The translations under genes and the position numbers were made by a program. The notes under the pieces are model-generated. The model was given only the letters and a program-made list of their open reading frames with translations. It had not been told where the DNA came from and did no database searches. Positions 12,737-28,900 of a stretch of 64,000 nucleotides of DNA are shown here, one piece after another (within the stretch, counting starts at the first letter, position 1; every line of letters begins with the position of its first letter). The DNA is from Chamberlinius hualienensis (taxonomy: Eukaryota). The stretch spans positions 4,064,326 to 4,128,325 of the forward strand of contig BAAGAE010000033.1 in the NCBI GenBank assembly GCA_054772095.1. Direction: 5' to 3'.

Positions 12737-15700
12737 ATACATACCGTATTTTCAAATATCGATTTCTTATCCAAATATGGTCGAAATATATGCAATGTGG
12801 ACATGTATTACAGCCTAGCAGACATTACATTGAAAATATTGACATAAATGTTTACGACTTTGGTGGAAAAGCTTGATCATGTGGGAGGAGCCAATCTTTT
12901 CCCTTTTAATACCCCATAAATATGATTTCATCTATAAAGTAGTTGCAGCAGATGAATTGCAAATGGGGGCAGTGGGAAAAGGGGCTTAAAAGTGGGTGTA
13001 CGATGAGGTGGCAGACAGTTACGTCATTGTGCTCCACTCAGGTAATTAGCCATCAGATAAACTCAAGTAGGAATCGTATAAATAAATAAAAGAAACGAAC
13101 TCTATACAAAAAACAACCAACAACCGTGTATTTGCTAATATTAAACGTCTCATTCTTACGACCAATGACGGTACGCTGTTTATTTTACGTGCCTCGAAAC
13201 TGAGGCTATGAGCGTATGTTTTCATTGGGTTAACGAAATAGAGGTTAAATTATGCTGGAAAACTGTAGAGCAGGTGTTTAACTAGTATACATATATATAT
13301 ATAGTCAGTTAACCATAATGACAATAAATGTATTTCAAGGATTTAGCATACTCGCGAATCTTAGTTTAAAAACAATGGCAGTTTGAGGTGTCTATTAATA
13401 CATTGAAAGAATGAAAACTGCTGTAAATTATTTTATATATAGAGTGTTGGTTTTTTTAAAAAATCAGCACGTTTAATATTGGGTCCAATGATAAAAAATA
13501 TTATCATTTTCTTTTTTAACATCATTGTTGTTAACAATGAATCTCCATCTTTAGCAAAGAATTAGATACGCTTAACACGTAGAAAGTGATGAAATATATT
13601 TGATATCTTCATGAAAGTATTATTTTTTTTGTTATATTAAACGTAGTATGCGCTTAAGGCCGTTTTTATGGCATAACTTAGTAACACCTCAATTAATGAA
13701 AATTTGGGAAGGCAAACATTAATTAGAAAGAGGTTAGCTGTTTTTCTGATAAACATCAGCTTAATGGGATTATGGCTTATTACTAATTGAATATAAAACT
13801 TCGAGACTAATGAACCATACCGCCAACAACATAATACATCACATGTTATGTATTAGCATGAAGAGTAAACATCAATAGTTATGGAATCTAGGTGGTAGAT
13901 GCGTAGAAATATGTGGATATTACTATACAAAAGAACCCACACTCATGTGAACCTAATTTACAGTATATTCAGCTGAAATGATAGTTGTTAACAGCAGTTA
14001 AAGTAAATTACGTATTGAATACAGTTAGTTTATAAAGTTAGTCAGTGCTTAACCCTATAGTTGCCATGTGAATGATCATTCGAAATCGATTGGAGTCAGT
14101 TGAATTGAAAATGAAGCGTTAACGATTTCGTTTTGAATCGGAAAATTATGTGATTTTTTTTCACCCTCTTAGTTTTGAAGGAGATGTTGCCTCAGGCAAG
14201 GAATTCAGATACTACTCGAGCGTAAACACTGATGGGAATAAAGTATTTATACCTTGTCGACCTTTGAACTTGCATGGTTGCTATGGGAAAGTGAGTGCTT
14301 GAGGTTGCCATGTCAACCGTAGCATCCATCGCACAGGTAAATCTCATGTTTAACAAAATAATGTTTTGTTTAGCTAAATGAACGGTGATCGCAATGAAAA
14401 ATTGATTTTCAAATCATTCGTGTAATTTCGTCTGCTCTCAACATACATCAGTGTGATTCTCTTTTTTAAAAGAAACTCTGACGTTGGCGTTATTTTATTC
14501 ACTACCATGCGCTTTTAAGCCTAATTAATCATTCATTATAATCTCATTCTCTCTTTAGTTTTTGTTAATATTTCCCCAGGTGGTACAGTTTCTTATTGTA
14601 AACTGTGAGATGTTTGACTTAATCCTGTCTAAAATCAATAAAGGATTAATTTTTGTTTCTTGGTTCGTACGGCCAACAATAACAAACAAAAAACCAAATT
14701 TTATTTTGAATATGCGCTTACTGTATATTTAATAGTAAATTTAATGATAATTGACATTACGTGTTTCGTTTCTTTTATCATCATTAAATTATTAGAAAAG
14801 ATTCATGTGGTGTTTATTTAAGGGGTTGATGTCTTTCTATAGGCAAGTGTGGAGTTGGTGTAAATCTTTTGTGACTTTTTCTTCACTGTGCAAATGATAA
14901 TTGCAACATCATTTTCAAACTTTCATCTTATAGCTTTTCTTATTTGAAGAAGAATAGATGAAAGATTCCGAGCAAAATTGTAGTAGACCTTATTTCATGT
15001 TACAATATTTATATGTTTTTGCGAGGGATGGTGGCGCCTTCAGGCGGTCTTTCTTTTCCATGGATATATCGTTGGTGACGTAACCTTGACGACGACCCAT
15101 ATCTATCTTTATGCAATACACTTTGCCGCCATAACCACCTGCTTCCCACGCAACAAAAACATTATAAGAATAAAAACAAGCCATTCTCCATCTTGGATCT
15201 TAGTCTCCGCCCAAAACACAAATTGACAACAGGTGGCCACAAACATTGACAGTGCGGCGCTTAAACGATCGATATATTATTGTTTATTTTTATGTAAGGA
15301 ACTGTTGATGGTGTCATGAGATGAAATCAACAAGAATTCCGGTTAATTCAGTTTGCATTTTCAAATAATGTTCAGAAGATTACACGCTTCGATTTCATCT
15401 TTTTCTGCGGTATAAATTTGAATTTTATAACCCGGAGGTTATCATTGTTTGTGTATTCACAGTATGTTTATTTTGAGAATGGATTTGAAACTTCCTTAAA
15501 AGTTGAAAACTGTTGTCATGGCAGAAAATTTGCTATTGCAACAGATGGCGGTACTCTCACACTTTGCTGGTACTTCATTGACATACGAGTATCAACCGGC
15601 AAATGAATGTTATTTAAATTTTAAATCTGAAAAGATTGGATTTTCGTAGAGAGATATATTTGTACGCTCTCAACGAAGGTGTAGGAACGAACTCTGCTGC

Positions 15701-16359
15701 TCTTTCTCATCTCCATAGTGATAATTCACTAGAAAGCACTTCAACTAGTGCTTTTGTACTTTTGTCGTACTACAACTTGTTCATTAGATAAGTAAATTCA
15801 AATTAAATATTTAAACCTGACTGCCAAAACCCAACCATTAGTAAGAGAATGAATTATAATACCGATTTATTCGCACAACACTATTTGCCTTGTATTTATA
15901 CCGAAATGATTTTTATTTTATTTTGTAAGTTTGTTTGCTATTTTGTAACATTACTGAGCTGGGTTGTTGCGCTAATTATGCGTGTAAAATGCATTGCGTG
16001 CATTACAATTAGATTAACGTGGTCTTATAAAATTTTCAAGTCAATTGGCGGTAACATTATTAAATTTAACGTCTCTTAATGTAGTGATGATATACTGTAT
16101 ATACTTCTCCCGTTTTTTCCCCAGCCCTCATCTTCACAACCTCCCACAAATAGAAGAGGGCCTTCACTTAAGGGTCATTCATAAAGTAATGATAATGCAC
16201 GTGAATCGTCTATCTTCATACCATCGATCGAAATGGTCTTTAAAATTTTAAGGTCCACCTCCTTTTTATCTCCTTCAACTCTTCACTACCACCCACTTTA
16301 CTGCAACCATCTTTGCTGTCGGATACTTTCCGCATGTACAAAGAAGATACTGTATGTGT

Positions 16360-17500
16360 TGACGTCATATCGACTCGTAAATCTTTGTTGATTTAAGGCG
16401 CCGACGACGCCGTATTTTGTATGAAAATGTAATCATTTTATATGCAATATTCAGGTGTCTATTGACTGACCTCAAATTAGTCGAACGACCTGAGCAAGTC
16501 TAAAGGCGGATGACACACCAAATATAAGGCGGATGACACACCAAATATAAGGCGGACAAGGTGGGTGGTGGCTAAGAGACAATTTAATTAAGGTCTTTCT
16601 ATATTTTTATGATGTAAGGGGCGAAGTAATTAAATCGTTGCAGTGGGTGGGGTTAAACGCGACGTCATCTATTCGAAAATTATATTCTGATTTTTACGTT
16701 GTTGTTTAACTTGTTACAGCGAGTGGGCTTGAATAGGAAGCGGGTGAGCAGAGTAACTTCCGCTTTGATTGTCTCCATCAAACATCAATTACACGACTAC
16801 CGCCAGGTGCCACTTTATTATCCTTCCATGCGTGTAATTGATCATAACGTTGTTTTCGTGACGTTATTGTGTTTTGTGCTGTTTATTAAATGTGTATGAT
16901 AATCTGAATGAGAGTTCCGAAAAGGATGCGTTTTCAGAACTTCCTTTTACCTGTGCTCGCCATTTCCTGTTTTTTTTTAAAAATCGATTTATATGACGTC
17001 ATTCAATATACAGTATCTGTCAAGCACCATCTTTTTTTTGTAGATTTTCAATTTGTGATTGAAAATACTTATTACTCCTGCTGCTACTGCTTAGAGTATG
17101 CGTAATTATAATTAATTTGGCATTTACTTTTTATCTCTCTCTGTTCGCTTTCCCCTTCGCTTGTTTTGGCCATGCGCAAAATCGTTCGATTAAATGTCCA
17201 TCACCAAATATAGAAAGGAACAAAAAGGCTAATTATCTCAACAATGGCAGTCAGAGATTGAAATGACTGACAACGATATTATAATATATTATATAATTTC
17301 CCGCCAAATTTATCCATTTTGTTTCTCTAGCGTGTGCATCAGAGCGTAATGTTCACCTTGGACATACTAGATATCTCATGGTCATCGGTATCAGTTCTGA
17401 CGTCACTCAACTCACTATTTTGGACATACGATGTTATCAAAAGAGAAGTCACATTTATATCAATTTCACAGATAATTATTTATAGAGTTTGACGTCATTT
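16360..17500. promoter_or_regulatory. Cluster of four exact TGACGTCA (CRE-type) palindromes in 1.1 kb, in a region with no recognised gene.
   Basis: TGACGTCA occurs at about 16367, 16995, 17398 and 17492. By composition the expected count for the whole window is below 1. Confidence 0.3.
16504..16556. repeat. Tandem duplication of a 23-bp unit, followed by a partial third copy.
   Basis: The unit aaggcggatgacacaccaaatat occurs twice, then aaggcggacaagg. Confidence 0.8.
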
Positions 17501-18289
17501 GCGACTATCTCGACAAGTTTTTTTTATATTTATTTTAACGACGTGATGGGTTTCCACTCGAAATCACTGATAAAGTTTTACGGCTTTGATAGAACATAAA
17601 AGCCACATTACGATTGGAAAGTGCTTGACACTTAATGACGATGACATAATTAGTAAGTATCGGAAAAAGTTAACGGTTAAAAGAATAATTTTGCAATTGT
17701 GACAAAAGAAAAAAATATAACTGGAGAGATAACATTTTTTTTAAATATTGCCCAATACTTGATTAAATCCGTTTTATCAACAAGCAAAAAAAAACACTTT
17801 TTACTTAATTGATTTTTAATATTATTGAACCTTTTTATTACGAACTTATCCAATAATGAAGTCAGATAAGATTCTGATTAGATACATTAAATCTATATAA
17901 GTATGAGTTACAATCTTTTTTTTTTTGAAAGAAAGATGAATAGCATGCAGAAACCTGGATGGGATGGATAACAGTTGGTTTTGACATTGGTGTTGAGTGC
18001 TTTGACCTGGTCTTTTAGAACCATTGTCAAACGTAATTGTTTTTATAATCGATTTTCTTACTTATTCTTGTATTGAAATATCGATTAACCTTTGCGTTTT
18101 TTAATGTCACTGCACATAAACACTATTGTCGATTCCATTTCCTCTCCATCATCCAATAGGTTGAGAGATTTGACTTACCCTTTAGTTACTCGGTGGACCA
18201 ACGATAGCTTCGCTTTTGGATGCTTCTGGTATGAAAAATCCTCAGGTGAATGTGTTTTGATATTTTTGGATTTTGTAGCTTATATTAGG

Positions 18290-18346
18290 CCGCTCCAGGT
18301 GGCGCTCACCTGCCGCTGCATAACATACACCGCTAGAGGGCGGTAT
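18290..18346. promoter_or_regulatory. Two adjacent CTCF-like motifs just 3' of the SQOR gene.
   Basis: ccgctccaggtggcgct and ccgctagagggcgg both fit the CTCF core CCnnnAGrkGGCrc. Confidence 0.25.
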
Positions 18347-18452
18347 TTAAGGTTTTTATTGATTTATTAAAACTGAAATTAAATTCATCAGTCTAATCAA
18401 AATGACAGTTACATGTGAATAGTATAATAGAATCTACATATTGTGAGAGTAT

Positions 18453-21982
<3,530 letters not shown>

Positions 21983-23144
21983 TGCTGTGTGTTCTGTAGG
22001 ATGTTTAAAGGAAATACAGAAGTTGTGCTGTAAAGTTTTGTAAATATTTAAGTATACACCATTGAAGCTAATTCATATTGCATGTAGTTTTGATATATCA
22101 TTTATTCAGTCCATAAAGCTTATTAAAATTTGATGGCGTTAATTTCCATATGAAACTAGATGCGCTATGTTTAGTTTCTCATAGTTTTTTTTTTTAGTAA
22201 ATATGTTGCGTGACCAAATGACATTAAAATGTACCCATCAACTTTTATTATTACTACAATAATAAAATGTAAGCAAAAATAATTAAATTACCTTTAAATG
22301 TGGGCCGTCCAAATATTTTCGTCTCTATAATAAAGTATTTTTAACTTGCCGGTTACGTGATTCTATATTATAAGAACTGTTTACATAATATATCAGAGTT
22401 ATCTAGCCACTACGGTATAGATTTAATAGTTATTACGTCAGGGATGTAACAGTTTGGCTAAGATTGTCATTACCACTAGTGGCGCTATAGACTACTTTTA
22501 ATTCCAATACGTTAGTAGTGCTGAAGTTATTCACTTCTGATGTTAATTTATATTTAAGTTTGATCTAAAATAGCCTTGATATTGCCTTTGAAAAGTTTTT
22601 AATTGAAGAAGGGCTGATAAAGTTTTATTTTGTTTATAGAGTTAATTTGTATTTTTCGCCGTAATTTGTAGGCGGAGTTCCAGCCTTTTCAGTGAAACAT
22701 ATGACGACACCTAGTAGCAAATTGTTAAGGTGCAAAGCATGGGCGCTATCTTCGAGTCCTTTTTTCTGCGCTAAAATTGCAATCAGCTGACAGTGGTTGG
22801 AAAGTGTGCTTACGTAAAGTTATGCAATTTCCTCCCACACGAAGTTAATAAGTATCCAAACAACAAGTTAATTTGGGAACCTAAGAGGAAACCCAGAAGA
22901 TCGTGTGATGGAGATATTTATCACAATTATTGATTGATATAGATTTTTCAATGAGTGTAAGTTTAGCTTGTTTATTGATTTTATTTCTTCAGAGCTTAGC
23001 AACCTGACTAGTGACTGCTATTATTTTTGACAACAAAACATTTTTGTATGACATGAGAGGACATGCAATAAATGTTGGTTATTGTTAGTAAAAGCCTTCT
23101 TAATCTGGTTGTATTTATAGGTGTGAAATTGGTTTATTATAAAA

Positions 23145-25771
23145 ATGGATCGACCAAGTCGGTATAAAGCGAACGTGAAGATGTCTAACGTCAAATTTGA
23201 TACCGAGAATAAGATTTTAAAATGTGCCACGTCTACCGCAAAAAGATCTGTAATTTACGGCGGAAGCAATTCAAGTGCTCTATTAGGTCTTTGCAGCACA
23301 GAAAATAAAATTTTAAAGCAGTTGAGTTGTGGCAACGAGGTGAAATCCTGTAATGTGATGAAGTATCAACTTAGCTGCACCAGTAGTGCAGAGCCCTCGC
23401 CAAAGAAAGTGAAGAAAGAGTTTACTTTAGAAGATAGCAGTCTAATTCAGGATGAGATTATGTCATTTGAATCTAATTGTCAGTACGACTTCATCTGGCC
23501 GGAGAAAGTTGAGAGTGAGAAAAATTATTCAGAAACTTCTGTTTCGGAAGCTAAAGCGCAGATTAAGTTGCATCACCTTATTGCTAAGGTTTTACTTATT
23601 TGATAATGTCTTAGGTTTGATTTTAGAACGTTTTTTAATTAAATTACTTAATCAGGAAAATTTAATAAATGCGGTGAGCGTTTCACTAATTCAAGGACCA
23701 AGTCTCAAAGATGTTGGAGATCCTTTCCGTTTGGAAATTATTGAAAAATGTCGTATCGTTGCGGAATTTGATCCAGAATTTATTTTAAAAGTAAGTTGAT
23801 AAGTACTATATAGATATTGAGTAAGTTACATTTTATTTGGATTGGATTATAATCTTTAACTTGATTATTGCAGATGGCTTTGTATACTCGTCAAGAATTA
23901 AATATTCGCACAACTACAAGCATTTTACTAGCATTTAGTGTTTTGGAACCTCGATGTCGTCCCTTCTTGAAACGATATTTTAAATTATGTGTTTTGTTGC
24001 CCACAGATTGGATGGCAGTAGCAGATCAGTTTAAGGTTGCTTTAACCTGTTGACACATTTATGCAGTTAATTTATTGTTTTCTATTATAGTTAATTAATG
24101 ATAAAAATGATAAACCAGGCTTTTTGCCAACTGCACTCCGAAAAGTTATGGTAGAGAAGTTTTCTGATTTTGACGAGTATCAGCTCGGTATGTTATGATA
24201 ATAAATCTTTCTGGAAATGGTTGTGATGAATTTGCGTTTTTAGCTAAATACAATAGAGGAAAGAAAAGAACGAATCAGCGCAAATCTATAGTATAACACT
24301 CAAGTTAATAAATTGCATTTGTATGTATTTAAGAATTGTTGTTTCATTTTAAAAGGATGAAGCAAAGAAAAGTGTTACATTTACTTTGAAGAAATTGATT
24401 GAAATTTTGCATATTAGGGATCCGGCTAATTTCGTAATGGGCATTTTAGGAAAAAAGTAAAAGGAAAAAATTTTTTAAAAACTTATTTATGGTCCTGTTA
24501 ATCAAATTGGTATATTTAGATATCCTGACAGTCCCGAAACGTTTTCCAAAAGTCGATTACCTGGAATGTGGGACGAAACGCTTGCTGGGCAAAAAATGAA
24601 ATTGGAACGTCCAGAAACCTGGGAGACATGGGTGTCTATTAGAGGGAATCGTGCTGATACTTGGGAAACTCTTATTGGTAAACTATATTTTATTAGTAAT
24701 GAATTATTTTGTTTAAATATTGATTTTAAAGATGACAAGAAACTCCCTTATATGGCTATGCTCAGAAATCTTAGAAATATATTTATTGCTGGAATCTCCA
24801 ATAAGCATCATCAACTTGTGGTTAAACACATTTGCAACAAAGTAAGACATTTTTTCTTTGAGTTATTGTTTATAATTCGGATTTTTAAAATACTGTTTTG
24901 TGGTATAGAATGCTGTACTGAAATCGAAACAGTTTCCGTATCGCTTTTACGTAGCACAAGACGTTTTGAAAGATTTACAAAACATTATGTTTGATGAAGG
25001 TAGTTTGTGTAATTTCTATTCAAACCAGTATACGTAATATGTGTTTTTGTTTATAGGTGAAACTGAAGTCCAAAAAAAGCGACCTTCTGGGAGTCGAAAA
25101 TTTAATTCGGCTAACTATGCAATTGAAAAAAGAAAAAAAGTTTTGAAAGCAAAAATAAAGTTTGTTTATCGGTGTTATAATAATATTAACTGTTTTATGT
25201 TTATTTTTTATTTTTGTTTTTTAGAAACGCCAGTACTCATTGTAGTAAGGAGTTATTTAATCAGTATCGAAAGGCTTTGGAAGAAGCAGTTGAAATATCT
25301 GCTTTCTTTAATATCCCTCCAATTCAAGGAAGAACTTTGATTTTCTTAGATGTTGGTAGTCATATGGAACAGCCGTGTTTTGCTGCCAAAAGCATGGGAA
25401 AACCTATGCTGGTAATGCTACAGGTATTTTTTTATTTGTAGTTGCAATTATAATTAATTTATTACTTTCAGATGAGTAAGTTGGCTAAAATTATAGTCGA
25501 CATGTGTCGCAGAGCTTGTGAAAGATGTGATGTTAACGAGTTCTTTGTTAAAACACATTCCTTTAATTACAAGGAGGTATTGTTGGAACAATTTGATATT
25601 TTCAGGTTATTAATTTTTAATGTATTGTAGTTAAATCTTTCTATCGCCGCAAACGAGATGCTCGACATAACGTTAAATCATCAGAAGGTAGGAAACAATT
25701 TTATTTGTCTTAAAAACTCGTTTGAAATGAGAAGTAAGCAATAGTTGCAATCTGTTACTTCTCAGTTATAG
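23145..25771 (+). CDS. TEP1: TEP1 orthologue, 5' module: N-terminal repeats, TROVE domain and the start of a vWA domain. Exons are approximately 23145-23588, 23656-23790, 23874-24035, 24091-24187, 24244-24290, 24356-24456, 24520-24677, 24732-24841, 24909-24999, 25057-25159, 25225-25411, 25472-25576 and 25631-25687. The next in-phase acceptor, at 25766, gives TTA TAG, i.e. L followed by a stop.
   Basis: Exon 1 contains the repeated ENKILKCATST / ENKILKQLSCG units. The translation aligns with human TEP1: ...RLEIIEKCRIVAEFDPEFILK|MALYTRQELNIRTTTSILLAFSVLEPRCRPFLKRYFKLCVLLPTDWMAVADQFK|...LPTALRKVMVEKFSDFDEYQLG|AKYNRGKKRTNQRKSI|DEAKKSVTFTLKKLIEILHIRDPANFVMGILGKK|YPDSPETFSKSRLPGMWDETLAGQKMKLERPETWETWVSIRGNRADTWETLIG|DDKKLPYMAMLRNLRNIFIAGISNKHHQLVVKHICNK|NAVLKSKQFPYRFYVAQDVLKDLQNIMFDE|...|NASTHCSKELFNQYRKALEEAVEISAFFNIPPIQGRTLIFLDVGSHM... 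(vWA MIDAS). All junctions are GT-AG and in phase. Matches to human TEP1 include EICRELALLEPEFILKASLYARQQLNVRN, DEYQLAKYNPRKHRAKRH, RFTLKKLVQRLHIHKPAQHVQALLGYRYPSNLQLFSRSRLPG and KLPFMAMLRNL. Confidence 0.85.
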
Positions 25772-25989
25772 CCAATGTCGTCGGACGTGGCCTTTATATA
25801 GTTCCATTATAGTGCCTTCTGAGAATGTGAAAGGGTTCATTAAACAATTTAACAAATTGTTTAGCTAAGCGTAAAATAATTAGACCGGTAGTCGTTTTTA
25901 TTAGACTTGTTTATTTTATTTGAAATGGGAACTGAAGTTGCCACAGTGTTTATTATTGTCTATGCCTTTTGAGGAGGCTTTGGGCATAA

Positions 25990-28900
25990 TTACAGATTGA
26001 TGATAAACAATACTATTGAAATGAAAAAAGTTGTTAATGAGGGACCAGTGGACATTTGGCCATGTGATTTCCATTCACATTCATAATCATTTTTAAGAAC
26101 TTCCAATATAGATTTGTAATTATTACATCTGCTCAGACGAATTTCGTCTTCAATTTGAAGGCACCGGTTACTTGATTCATGATTGCATACTTCTTGTCGT
26201 AACTGTTTGATCCAGTTTTCAATCCATCCAATTGTTTCACAGCTATCACATTTCCAAGGGTTATTTTGTAATTTGAGATCCATTAGAAATAGTCCTTGTG
26301 CTCCAGGTTGTTCGGCAGTTACCATATCTTCTATGGTAACCAGATCATTATTCGAAATATCCAACTGCAGTTGGCGAATATTTGTATTAAAAATATTGCG
26401 AGGTAGATGAGTCGCTGCAGTAAAGTGCAACCTTAAAGTTAGATTGGGATTAACAAAAGCTTGAAAAGCATCATAAGCAAATTGAGTCAACTGCTTTTCA
26501 ACTAAGTTGATAACTCGTAGTTTTGGTGGTAGCGTTTGTCCCTGCACTCTCTTTAAAGCAAATGGTTCGCTACTTTTAACGTGGAGTGTTAGTTCTTGTA
26601 GACTAAGAAGCTCGGCAATTGTTTCAATTGTACCTGTTGAAGAATGGTGGTCTAGCGTTATCGAACGGAGACATTTTAAATGATTTAGCATAGGTTTTAT
26701 TGCAATTCCTTGTATTTCCAAGGAGTTGAGTAATCGAAAATTCAAGAAACTGTTGCTTGAAATATTATTTAAAGGGTTATAGGCTAAGTTTAAATCATTA
26801 AGATTGTGTAAATGTGACCACATTTCAATGTTTAACTGGCTTAATCGGTTATTTTTGATGTTTAACTCTCGTATATCGGTAGAATTTTTGAAAACATCAA
26901 CCGAACTTCCATCTGCTATATGATTTTTAGAAACATCTAATATAAGAAGCTTATCTGCCGATAGTATTGGCAATCGATGAAGCGAAGTTTCTTTTAAATA
27001 CAGCTGTTCTAATGTTGGTGAACGAATACTTTCCACGACATTGAGGGGATTATTGCTCAGTGACAGAGAAATAATGCGCGGTAACTGTTGTAATAGTTGA
27101 TTGACATTAATTTGACTAAATCTATTTGATGAAATGTCTAATCTCAACAGTTTTGTGAATTTTGTATACATGAATTCGTTTACCGGTACGTGATTAATTC
27201 GATTATCGGATAGATCTAATGTATGGATGGAGGGAGCTAAAGGAATTACAACTTTTATGGGAAATACAGTTAGTCGATTGTATGCAACATTGAGATGTTC
27301 GAGGATATCATTGTTGTGAAACAGTGCTTCCGGAAGTTCACTCAGACGATTTCTGGACAAGTCGAGTCGTCGTAGTTGCAAACAGGAGTGAAATATTGGC
27401 ATAGGCAATTTAGTAAGCATGTTATGATTTAGGTTTATTAATTGTAACTGATTGTTACGCGCAAACGCGTCACTGTGTATTTCAGTCAATCGGTTATTAT
27501 CAAGAAACAGGGTTTGCAGCCGGATCATTCCTTGCATGACATTTTTTGTAATGTTGGTTATTAGATTGTGGCTCAAAATTAGCTGCATTAAGGAGGTTTT
27601 AACAGGTTCGAAATATTCTTCGTCAATTGTGGTCAAATCGTTGTAACTTGCGTCGAGAAATTTTATATTAATGTATGTCTGATGAGATTGTGCGTGCAGA
27701 CGAGTCAGCTTATTGTGACTGACATTGACTTTTAAAGTAGCCAATGCTCCCAGCTGGTCTAGAATGTCAAAATTGAATGATTTTAGTTCATTATAAGACA
27801 AATCTAGTCGACTTAAACGAGGCATATTTTGCATCGCATCGATTTCAATTTCGGTTAATCGGTTTCCCTTGAGATTTATTTGTTGAAGGTGGTTTAGATT
27901 GATGAACGCGTTACTGCTTATTGTTGTGATTCGATTGTCGTTTAAATCTATGTACCTTAGGTTTTCAAAGTCTACAAACGTGTTCGGATTTAGTTTGTAG
28001 ATCCGATTGAATGATAAGCGAATTGTTCTTAAATTAGGCTGAAAATTGCCATTAAAGGTTCCAGGCATTATCTCTTCAATGAAATTGTCTTCAATATGCA
28101 GCGTTCTTAAATTGCAATTGTTTTCAAATGAGTGGACGTCTAAGTAATTTAGCTGATTGTTATTTAAGCTGATGTGCCTTATGTTAACCAAAGGCTGAAA
28201 CAATCGTTTTGGAAAATAGTTGACACTCGACCGAAATGTATTGCTCATTAGTAATGTTTCCAAAGAGTGACCAATTGTTCGAAAGGTATTTTGATGAACG
28301 TAATCGAAATGATTTGCAGAGAGATCTAGCGTTCGTAATCCGGCTAGAAACCGAAAAGCATCCGCTTCAAGAGCACGTATATTAGATCCTCTAAGCGATA
28401 GTATTTCAATAGTTGAACTTTGACCTTTAAATTCGAAACCGGAAAGAGATGTAGTGGGAAATTGTGCCATTCCTAAGAATCGAATATTTCGCAGTTTCTG
28501 TAATTCGGTTAGCTTCATGGCGCCACCATTGTTTTCCCAATTGCCACTCGATTCCAGTCTTAGTTGCTGCAAACTTTGACGCGAATTGGCGAATGTCTCT
28601 GAGAGAAGCAACCCAGCGTTGGTTTCAATCAATGAAATTTTTTGTAAAACAGTTAAATTTGTTAATGCTTTGGCCGCAGTGTCTGCGTCGATATTGTTGT
28701 GCGACATATCCAGTGATCGTAGACTGTTTTCAAGTCCTTTGAATGATCCCACGGCCAGTTGTTTAATGTTACAACTTCGTAAGCTCAGTTCTTCCAGTTT
28801 AGTCGACCAAAAGGCTCCATTTTCGATAGCCTTAATTGGATTAGAATCTAAAGAAAGTTTTCCGATGTACCCAAAGAAACGAAATGAACCAGTTGGTAGA

